This document shows, piece by piece, positions 44,857-64,000 of a stretch of 64,000 nucleotides of DNA (position 1 is its first letter; the number at the start of each line of letters is the position of its first letter). A model generated the notes under the pieces. It did no database searches and was not told the origin of the DNA. It was given only the letters and a program-made list of their open reading frames with translations. Origin of the DNA: Thermoanaerobaculia bacterium (GTDB lineage Bacteria; Acidobacteriota; Thermoanaerobaculia; Multivoradales; UBA5704); contig DATFPH010000199.1 in assembly GCA_035264905.1 (NCBI GenBank), positions 3,820 to 67,819 on the forward strand. Direction: 5' to 3'. Position numbers and translations under genes: made by a program.

Positions 44857-45672
44857 ATGACCAAGCCTGTCCTGACCGGCACCTCGCACAAGCTCCCTTT
44901 CCAGGAGCTTTCGCCGCTCGACTTCGAGCGCCTCTGTCTATGGCTCGTGAGCCGCGAGGGCTACGAACGGGTCGAGTATCTCGGCGAGTCGGGCGGGGAG
45001 AGAGGGCGCGACGTAGTCGCGTGGAAGGCTGGCCGGCGCTTCGTCTTCCAATGCAAGCGGGTGCAATCGTTCACCGCGGCAGACGGCCGCAAGGAGATCA
45101 AGAAACTCCGCGTCCTGCCGGTGGAGGAGCAGCCGCACGAGTTGGTGTTCGTGGTGTCGCGGGCGGTCTCCGCCGAGATGCGTAAAGCCATCCGCGCGGC
45201 GTGGGGCGACGAGGCAAGCTGCCACTTCTGGGCTGGGAGCGAACTCGATGCTTTGGTGAAGAGCCATCCCGAGCTTCTCGTGGAGTTCTTCCAGTTGCCC
45301 CCCGCGGAGAAGCCCGCACCTTTCCGCCACAACCTCCCCTTCGCCTCGCTCGGCCCGCTCTTTCACGGCCGGGAGGCGATGCTCGCACGGTTGTGCGAGA
45401 CCCTGGCGCGGACACCCGCCGGGCGGGCAGCGGTGATCGCGGGCAAGGCGGTCCATGGCCTGGGAGGAGTGGGGAAGACGCGGCTCGCCATCGAGTACGG
45501 CTGGAAATACGCCACCGAGTACTCGGCCGTGCTCTTCGTAGGCGCCGGCTCGCCGGCCGACCTGCACCGCAACCTCGCGGCGCTCTGCGCGCCAGTCCGC
45601 CGCCCACAGCGCGTCCGGGTGCAAACAGGCGGCGCGTCTCAAGGCTCGCAGGCGATGCGGGCTGATCTCTGA
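44857..45672 (+). pseudogene. truncated Mrr-like nuclease / STAND (NB-ARC-type) NTPase, Avs-like N-terminal fragment
   Basis: N-terminus: FERLCLWLVSREGYERVEYLGESGGERGRDVVAW...FVFQCKR (restriction-endonuclease D...QxK core). A Walker A follows (HGLGGVGKTRLAIEY). The ORF ends ~45 aa after the P-loop, with no Walker B, helical or repeat sensor domains, and abuts the convergent PIN gene. Confidence 0.5.
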
Positions 45673-45707
45673 TCTTGCGTAGCCTGTAGCCCAGGCTTCG
45701 GTCTAGC

Positions 45708-46112
45708 TCACTGAGTGCGATAGAGCTCGATGAAGGACCGGGGAGAATGCACTTCGACACCCTGCCGGGCCTCAGAAGGGTAATGCTTGGCGTTACCTGT
45801 CACAAGCGGGGCTCCGCCAGCCAGTGCAATCTCGAGAAAAGGCTCATCATCGGGATCGGGTAGCCGAATGGACAGCGGACGGGCCACAACCGGGATGCCG
45901 CGTGTCTCGATCTCCTCCAGGAAAGCAGCAATGCGGGAAGGGTCGAAGCGAAATTTCTCTCGCAGCAGAACCTCTTGGTACTCGGCCAGGATGCGGGGAT
46001 CATGGCACAGGGTCAGATCGCCGGCAGCCACCAGGCGGACAATCTGGCCGGAGGGACCGAAGGGTTGAAGCAGGCCGGACACGACGACGTTCGTGTCCAA
46101 GACCACGATCAT
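45708..46112 (-). CDS. PIN-domain toxin (type II TA, TIGR00305-like)
   Basis: MIVVLDTNVVVSGLL...DPDDEPFLEIALAGGAPLVTGNAKHY carries the PIN acidic residues. ATGA overlap with the upstream antitoxin. Confidence 0.8.
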   Translation of the reverse strand: MIVVLDTNVVVSGLLQPFGPSGQIVRLVAAGDLTLCHDPRILAEYQEVLLREKFRFDPSRIAAFLEEIETRGIPVVARPLSIRLPDPDDEPFLEIALAGGAPLVTGNAKHYPSEARQGVEVHSPRSFIELYRTQ

Positions 46113-46414
46113 TGCAGCGAGTCACTCCGCTGACGGCGGGCTCGGCGGACGGCAGCGATCTCGGCATCGATCTTTTCGGCGGGGATGGAATCCGTACCGC
46201 GCTGGACGGAGCTTCGCTGAAGCTCGGCGACGGCGGCGATGGCCTTGGATCTCCGGATCGCCGCGAGGGTCTCCTCGAAGGTCTCTTCCGTCACCGCCGA
46301 GAGGATGGCGATGGGACGGCCGTTCTCTGTCACGACCATCTCACGCTCGGACTCCAGTCCCTTCCATATTTCGGAGGACTTGTTTCGAAGATCGCGGACC
46401 GAAAGAAATTTCAT
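46109..46414 (-). CDS. Phd/YefM-type antitoxin
   Basis: MKFLSVRDLRNKSSEIWKGLESEREMVVTENGRPIAILS. ATG 46414 with GGAG 7 nt upstream. The track start at 46459 is rejected. Confidence 0.75.
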   Translation of the reverse strand: MKFLSVRDLRNKSSEIWKGLESEREMVVTENGRPIAILSAVTEETFEETLAAIRRSKAIAAVAELQRSSVQRGTDSIPAEKIDAEIAAVRRARRQRSDSLQ

Positions 46415-46455
46415 CGGATGACTCCTCTCGTCCAGGAGAGTGTACACGAGGACCT

Positions 46456-59262
<12,807 letters not shown>

Positions 59263-59428
59263 GGGTTCTCTCGGTGATTCAGAGGCTGAGGAAGTTCAAA
59301 TAAAACCGAGTGTTTCTAGTCTGAACCGGCCATGGATGATACCATCCCGCGCGGCTTCTTCCACAGGCCGCCGGTTTCAATTGAGTACACTCTGTCACCC
59401 AAGACCCTACGACCCGTAGAGGGGAGTC

Positions 59429-61909
59429 ATGAGCCAGCTCACCCAGGATCTCCGTTTCGCCGTCCGTAACCTGAGCAAGCAGCCGGCCCTTGCCGTGGCC
59501 GCGATTCTGACCTTGGCCTTAGGGATCGGGGTCAACGCGGCGATCTTCAGCATCGTCAACTCGGTCCTCCTCACTCCGCCGCCCTTCCACGATCCGGACC
59601 GGGTGGCGGTCATCTGGGCCTCGAACCCCGACTTCGCCCGGGCGATCGGCATCGACGACGAGCTGCCGTCCGCGACCGCGCACATCGCGGACTGGGCGAA
59701 GGCGCCCTCGGTGGACAGCATCGCGACGCTCCAGGCGGGCCGGCTCGTGCTGACGGATCATGGATTCCCCCAGCTCCTCGGCGTCGTCCGCGTCTCGGGC
59801 GACTTCTTCAAGGTGCTCGGCGCGGACGCCGAGCTGGGCCGCACGCTCGGACCGGACGACGATCCGCCGGGCAAGGGCTCGACCGTGGTGCTCTCGCACC
59901 AGCTCTGGCAGGCCACGTTCGGCGGCGACCCCAAGATCATCGGCAAGAAGCTGACGCTCTCCGGCAGCCCCTACACCGTGGCCGGCGTGATGGGCCCGCG
60001 CTTCAACTACCCGCGCGGCGGCCAGGACGCGCAGGGAGGCTACGGCTTCCAGGCGCAGCCGGACCTCTGGATGCCCCTGGAGTTCCCCGCCGAAGCGCGG
60101 CTGGACCACAACTTCCGTGGCAACGTGGCGGTCGCGCGGCTGAAGCCGGGCGTGACCCTCGCCAAGGCCGAGGCGGAGATCAAGGGGATCAGCGAGGGGC
60201 TCGCCGAGAAGTTCCCGGACAGTGACAAGGGGTGGAGCGCGAAGCTCCAGCCGATCATGGACAAGATGATCGGCGACCTGCGGCCCATGCTCCTCATCCT
60301 CTCCGCCGCGGTCGGCCTCGTGCTGCTGATCGCCTGTATCAACGTCGCGAACCTGCTCCTCGCGCGGGCCGCCTCGCGCCAGAAGGAGATCGCGGTGCGC
60401 ATGGCCATGGGAGCCGGCCGCCAGCGGCTGGTCTCGCAGCTCCTCACCGAGAGCGGCCTGCTCGCCGTGCTCGGCGGCGTCCTGGGCATCTTCCTGGCCT
60501 GGGCCGGCCTGCGCCTCTTCGCGAGCTACGTCCCCACCGGTCTGCTCGGCTCGACCACGATGACGCTCGACGGCCGCACGCTCGCCTTCGCCGCCCTCCT
60601 CTGCATCCTGACCACTCTCCTGGCCGGCCTGCTGCCGGCCTTCCAGATGACCCGGCCGGACCTCGCCTCGACGCTCCGCGAAGGGACCCGCACCGGCGCC
60701 GGCACGGCGGGCAGCGGCCGCACGCGCAACGCCCTGGTCGTCCTCGAGGTGGCCATCGCGGTCCTGGTGCTGATCGGCGCCGGTCTCCTGCTGCGCAGCT
60801 TCGGCCGGCTGCTCGAGGTGGACAACGGCTTCAAGCCGCAGCGCATCCTCACCGCCGAGTTCGCCATGCCGCCCGCGATCGTGCCTGTCCCTGAGCGCGG
60901 ACCGTTCATGGAGAGCGTGCTCGAGCGGGTGAAGCCGCTGCCGGGCGTGCAGTCCGCCGCCCTGATCTCCGACCTCCCGATGGGAGGGGGCGAGACGGTG
61001 ACGCCCATCGTCATCCAGGGTCGGCCGGAGCCGAAGCCGGGCGAGGCGCCGACCGTGGCGCTGCGCACCGTCTCGCCGGGGTACTTCGAGGTGATGAGCG
61101 TGCCGCTGCGCAAGGGGCGGTACTTCGTGCCGCAGGACCGCAAGGAGACGATCCCGGTGGTGGTGATCAACGACGTCATGGCGCACGACCTCTTCCCGAG
61201 CGAGGACGCGCTGGGCAAGCAGATCAAGCTCGCGGGAGAGGAGACCTGGTCCACGGTGGTCGGCGTGGTCGCCGGCATCCGCTACTCGGGTCCGCAGGGC
61301 GAGCTGCGCTCCGAGCTGTACCGGCTGGTCTCGCAGGTCCCGCCGGGCGGGATGCCGTTCATCATGCGGATCGCCATGCGCACCGACGCCGACCCGCAGA
61401 CCATGGCCGACAAGGTGCGCGCCGCGGTCAAGGAGGTCAATCCGGAGCAGCCGGTCTCGAAGGTCCAGACGATGGAGCAGCTCGTCTCGAGCTCCATCGC
61501 GAAGCCGCGCTTCAGCATGATGCTCCTGAGCCTCTTCGCCCTGCTCGCTCTGATCCTCTCGATCGTGGGCATCTACGGCATCACCGCCTACGCGGTCTCG
61601 CAGCGGACCCGCGAGCTCGGCCTGCGCATGGCGCTCGGCGCCCAGCCCGGAGGGATTCTCGGGATGGTGGTCGGCCAGACCGGCAAGCTGGCGGCGCTCG
61701 GCGTGGTCCTCGGCCTCGCCGCGGCCTTCGCGCTGACCAAGGTCCTCTCCTCGTTCCTCTCCTCGCAGCTCTTCGGAGTGGAGGCGACCGATCCCCTGAT
61801 CTTCGTCGCCGTCGCCCTCGGCCTCATCCTGATCTCGCTCGCCGCCGCCTTCCTGCCGGGGCGGCGAGCCACGCGGGTGGACCCGCTCACCGCGCTGCGG
61901 TCGGAATAG
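59429..61909 (+). CDS. ADOP-family duplicated FtsX/MacB-type ABC permease
   Basis: N-terminus MSQLTQDLRFAVRNLSKQPALAVAAILTLALGIGVNAAIFSIV is typical. There are two MacB-periplasmic plus FtsX 4-TM units in 826 aa. No adjacent ATPase or membrane-fusion protein. Divergent from the NRPS. Confidence 0.85.
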   Translation: MSQLTQDLRFAVRNLSKQPALAVAAILTLALGIGVNAAIFSIVNSVLLTPPPFHDPDRVAVIWASNPDFARAIGIDDELPSATAHIADWAKAPSVDSIATLQAGRLVLTDHGFPQLLGVVRVSGDFFKVLGADAELGRTLGPDDDPPGKGSTVVLSHQLWQATFGGDPKIIGKKLTLSGSPYTVAGVMGPRFNYPRGGQDAQGGYGFQAQPDLWMPLEFPAEARLDHNFRGNVAVARLKPGVTLAKAEAEIKGISEGLAEKFPDSDKGWSAKLQPIMDKMIGDLRPMLLILSAAVGLVLLIACINVANLLLARAASRQKEIAVRMAMGAGRQRLVSQLLTESGLLAVLGGVLGIFLAWAGLRLFASYVPTGLLGSTTMTLDGRTLAFAALLCILTTLLAGLLPAFQMTRPDLASTLREGTRTGAGTAGSGRTRNALVVLEVAIAVLVLIGAGLLLRSFGRLLEVDNGFKPQRILTAEFAMPPAIVPVPERGPFMESVLERVKPLPGVQSAALISDLPMGGGETVTPIVIQGRPEPKPGEAPTVALRTVSPGYFEVMSVPLRKGRYFVPQDRKETIPVVVINDVMAHDLFPSEDALGKQIKLAGEETWSTVVGVVAGIRYSGPQGELRSELYRLVSQVPPGGMPFIMRIAMRTDADPQTMADKVRAAVKEVNPEQPVSKVQTMEQLVSSSIAKPRFSMMLLSLFALLALILSIVGIYGITAYAVSQRTRELGLRMALGAQPGGILGMVVGQTGKLAALGVVLGLAAAFALTKVLSSFLSSQLFGVEATDPLIFVAVALGLILISLAAAFLPGRRATRVDPLTALRSE

Positions 61910-61939
61910 TCTGCCGCCGAAATCCAACCGATCCGCCCC

Positions 61940-62254
61940 AAAAGGGCCGCCACGCCCCTCCCGGTGCGAGTGATTCGCACCGCGGAGCGGACGTGCGGCC
62001 TCGGAAGGGCAGCCGCCGCCCTCATAGAGCGAGCGACTTGCCCCACGGCGCGCACGAGCGGACCCGGGAGGGCAGTCGTTGCCCTCGTGGGGCGGGAGGC
62101 CTGCCTCGTAGAGCGGATGAGCAGCGCCGGGAGGGCGGTGGCTGCCCTCACGGGGCGAGAGGGTTCTTGCGCGGGGCGGGCGGGTGGATTCAGGAGGGCG
62201 GTGGGTGCCCTTCAGGGGGCGGACCTCACCCCCTGTCCCCCTCTCCCATCGCCC
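61940..62254. repeat. degenerate 63-bp tandem repeat, ~5 units, each with a short GC hairpin
   Basis: Unit starts are at 61940, 62003, 62066, 62129 and 62192, an exact 63-nt period. The conserved core is (G/A)GGAGGGC(A/G)G-N3-5-(C/T)GCCCT, forming the AGGGCnG/CnGCCCT stem. The remainder of each unit is only weakly similar. Confidence 0.7.
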
Positions 62255-62280
62255 CCCCACCGACCGGGAGAGGGGGAACC
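62221..62280 (+). repeat. 60-nt palindromic repeat element, intergenic copy 1
   Basis: GGACCTCACCCCCTGTCCCCCTCTCCCATCGCCCCCCCACCGACCGGGAGAGGGGGAACC, with internal CCCCTCTCCC/GGGAGAGGGG stems. Confidence 0.75.
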
Positions 62281-62324
62281 CCTGCGAACCTTCGTGACAC
62301 GTTCAGCCGTTCCGAGAGGTGGCG

Positions 62325-62382
62325 CCCCTTCTCCCGGGGGAAGGCGGGGCGATGGGGGAGGGGGTCGGGGGGTGAGGTCTCG
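62325..62382 (-). repeat. 60-nt palindromic repeat element, intergenic copy 2 (inverted relative to copy 1)
   Basis: The reverse complement AGACCTCACCCCCCGACCCCCTCCCCCATCGCCCCGCCTTCCCCCGGGAGAAGGGG aligns with copy 1 along its full length. The two copies are separated by ~44 nt. Confidence 0.7.
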
Positions 62383-62417
62383 GCGGCAACATCGATCACT
62401 GCTGCCGTGACGGCCTG

Positions 62418-62651
62418 CTAAAGCGGCCTGCGTGCTTTGTGCACCGAGGTCAGGAGCTCATCGACCGCCGTGGCGGTTTCGGAATCAACGGAGCTCAGCT
62501 GATCGAAGAAACCGGGAGACCAGTCTGATCCTGGGGTCAGCTCTCTCTCGAGAGCTTGGATGATCAAGCGGTTCCGGCTCATTTTGAGGGCTCGGGCTTT
62601 GCGATCTACCGCTTCCAGGAGCGGCTTCGGGATGTGGACACTGGTCGCCAT
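62418..62651 (-). CDS. ribbon-helix-helix (CopG-like) protein, orphan antitoxin-like
   Basis: MATSVHIPKPLLEAVDRKARALKMSRNRLIIQALEREL is an RHH beta-alpha-alpha pattern. ATG 62651 was chosen. No toxin gene lies downstream, only repeats. Confidence 0.6.
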   Translation of the reverse strand: MATSVHIPKPLLEAVDRKARALKMSRNRLIIQALERELTPGSDWSPGFFDQLSSVDSETATAVDELLTSVHKARRPL

Positions 62652-62742
62652 GGCTATAGTCGTGAGTATACTCGCCTGCGGCTTAGCCTTCAACGTTCGA
62701 CCAATTGCGCACCGGCCAGCCCGTTCGTGCGAAATACGGTCA

Positions 62743-62862
62743 ATGCCCGAACACTATGACGTGTTCCTCTCCTACGCCCGGGCGGAGCCCCGGGGCGACA
62801 GCAATTCTACGGCGGCCGGGCTGTCGCCCCTCTGGGGCTCGAAATCGTGTTTGCCTCCTTGA
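62743..62862 (+). pseudogene. possible remnant of the 5' end of a TIR-domain gene
   Basis: MPEHYDVFLSYARAE matches the canonical TIR N-terminal beta-A strand motif (YDVFLSYAxxD). The match ends where an 11-bp-stem hairpin begins (62792-62830), and the ORF stops after 39 codons. Confidence 0.25.
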
Positions 62863-62899
62863 CCTGGGGTCGCCGCGCCTACGGCGCTTTGACCCCAGG
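62863..62899 (-). terminator. GC-rich hairpin downstream of the NRPS PCP-TE gene (possible terminator, no U-tract)
   Basis: CCTGGGGTC (62863-71) pairs with GACCCCAGG (62891-99), with an inner GCGCC/GGCGC pairing. It lies 32 nt past the TE gene stop. Confidence 0.3.
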
Positions 62900-62930
62900 C
62901 TACATGCTTTGGCCCCTCCGGGGCCGGGAT

Positions 62931-64000
62931 TCAAGGGGGCGTTGGGTTGCCGAGGTGCTCCCGGAAGAGGGTGGCGAGGTCCTCCACCGCCGGCTCCCGT
63001 AGCAACGTGTAGTGATCTCCGGCGATTTCCCGCACCTCCACCCCCCTCCCGGCCACCTGCACCCAGCCGCCGTCGGGCTCTCCTGCGGATTCCGCGGCTC
63101 GCACCATGATCAGGGGAGCGGCGCAGGGTCCTCCGGCATATCCGGCCATGGCTCGGTAATTGGCGGCGAAGGTGGCGAAACGCCGCTGGAGCTCGGCGGC
63201 TCCTTGGCCGGGGGGCAGCAGGCCTTCGGCTTCGGCTCTCGCCGCGAGCCAAGCCAGGGCATCCTCGGTTGGATGGGGGAGGGCTTGGCCTCCCATCCCT
63301 GAGAGCTGGGCCAGATCGTTGGCAAACATCTCCACGAGCGCTCGGTCGTCCAGATCCTGCTGCCAGAGCGGGCCGGGCGCGTAGGAGTCGATCAGCACGA
63401 GCCGCTCTACCGTCTCGCCCTGCGCTTCGAGCTGGCGGGCCATTTCGTAGGCCACGGCGCCTCCGAGGGACCAGCCGCCGAGGAGGTAGGGTCCCACGGG
63501 CTGGATCTCGCGGACGTGCCGCAGGTAGAGGGCGGCCATGTCTTCGAGCTTCAGCGGGGCGTCTGTAGCCTGGAGGCCGTAGACCGGGCGGTTCAGCCGG
63601 CGGGCCAGGTGCACGTAGCAAAGGACCTCGCCCCCCACGGGGTGGACCAGGAAGAGCGGACGCCCGCTCCCGGCCGCCAGCTCGACCAGGGGACCGCGGG
63701 GCGGCGGCTCGCCGTTGGTGCGGAGGAGAGCCGCCAAGCCTTCGACGGTCGGATGACGGAGAACCGCCGCCATCGGGAGGCTCCGGCCGAGCCTCTGGCG
63801 CAGACTGAAAGTGAGCCGCGCCGCGAGCAGCGAGTGACCGCCCAGGGTGAAGAAGTCGTCGCGGACGCCGACGCCTGGGACGCCCAGCACCTCCTCGAAG
63901 AGCCGCACGAGCTCCAGCTCCAGGGCATTCCGCGGGCCGAGGTGCGGCTCGCGGACGCGCTCCGGAGCCGCGGTTGAAGGTGAGGACTGGAGCTGGCGAC
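62931..64000 (-). CDS. NRPS C-terminal end: PCP - thioesterase (gene continues beyond the right edge)
   Basis: The frame is open to nt 64000 (…PRNALELELVRLFEEVLGVPGVGVRDDFFTLGGHSLLA is a PCP). The TE has GGWSLGG (GxSxG), LIDSYAP and a C-terminal GDHYTLL His motif. The track start at 63908 is only an internal GTG. Confidence 0.88.
   Translation of the reverse strand, partial: RQLQSSPSTAAPERVREPHLGPRNALELELVRLFEEVLGVPGVGVRDDFFTLGGHSLLAARLTFSLRQRLGRSLPMAAVLRHPTVEGLAALLRTNGEPPPRGPLVELAAGSGRPLFLVHPVGGEVLCYVHLARRLNRPVYGLQATDAPLKLEDMAALYLRHVREIQPVGPYLLGGWSLGGAVAYEMARQLEAQGETVERLVLIDSYAPGPLWQQDLDDRALVEMFANDLAQLSGMGGQALPHPTEDALAWLAARAEAEGLLPPGQGAAELQRRFATFAANYRAMAGYAGGPCAAPLIMVRAAESAGEPDGGWVQVAGRGVEVREIAGDHYTLLREPAVEDLATLFREHLGNPTPP

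Noticed and set aside
61940-62254. Possible CRISPR array: ~29-nt hairpin repeats alternating with ~34-nt spacers at an exact 63-nt period.
   Set aside because: The repeats differ from each other at several positions, including within the stem, whereas CRISPR repeats are near-identical. The spacer portions also show residual similarity to one another (for example GAGCGGA). There are only ~5 units, and no cas genes or leader are present in the window. Called a degenerate tandem repeat instead.
59519-62421. ORF 59519..62260 (-, 913 aa) and the repeat-spanning ORFs 61964..62410 and 61993..62421 (+), which could suggest a repeat protein with a 21-aa period.
   Set aside because: The first is antisense to the well-supported ADOP permease. 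The others translate the tandem and palindromic DNA repeats into R/G/A/P-rich strings without start-site support. The conservation pattern, with stem covariation, fits nucleic-acid structure rather than a protein.

Overview
High-G+C (about 70% by eye) bacterial chromosomal segment. The ADOP-type duplicated FtsX/MacB permease suggests Acidobacteriota, but this is inference only. There are three blocks.

(1) 2.4-43.8 kb: a very large ABC-transporter-dependent (Wzm/Wzt) glycan biosynthesis locus.
- It holds about 17 GT-A/GT-B glycosyltransferase domains in 14 genes (GT2, GT4, GT8-like) and two GT-C-like membrane proteins.
- It also holds five SAM-methyltransferase-fold genes or domains plus one degenerate copy, a sulfotransferase-GT2 fusion and a pyruvyltransferase.
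- Sugar-precursor genes include an aminotransferase, an acetyltransferase, two SDR epimerase/dehydratases and a nucleotide-sugar dehydrogenase.
- Three enzymes carry long coiled-coil tails.
- Three paralogous secreted proteins of unknown function and a low-G+C beta-helix gene are embedded in the locus.
- No initiating phosphoglycosyltransferase, Wzx/Wzy or outer-membrane export gene is seen.

(2) 43.9-46.4 kb: a small lower-G+C islet.
- A 54-aa Cys-rich leader/core-type peptide gene and a DUF433 gene.
- A DUF6364-like antitoxin next to a VapC remnant.
- A truncated Mrr-nuclease/STAND NTPase.
- An intact Phd-PIN pair.

(3) 46.5-64 kb: a lipopeptide NRPS region.
- A 4268-aa FAAL-ACP-C-A-PCP-ST-C-A-PCP-C-A-PCP synthetase, with A-domain codes read by eye as Ser, Thr and Gly.
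- This synthetase has an internal sulfotransferase domain and an in-frame 60-nt palindromic repeat inside condensation domain 1.
- A divergent ADOP permease.
- A repeat-rich intergenic region with 63-bp tandem hairpin repeats and two more copies of the 60-nt element.
- An orphan RHH gene.
- The PCP-TE end of a second NRPS that runs off the right edge.

No rRNA, tRNA, transposase or CRISPR-cas genes were recognised. Many long ORFs in the supplied track are antisense or alternate-frame shadows typical of high-G+C DNA. Several track ORFs were trimmed to internal starts supported by Shine-Dalgarno motifs or ATGA/GTGA stop-start overlaps. All family calls come from motif reading by eye, not from database searches.
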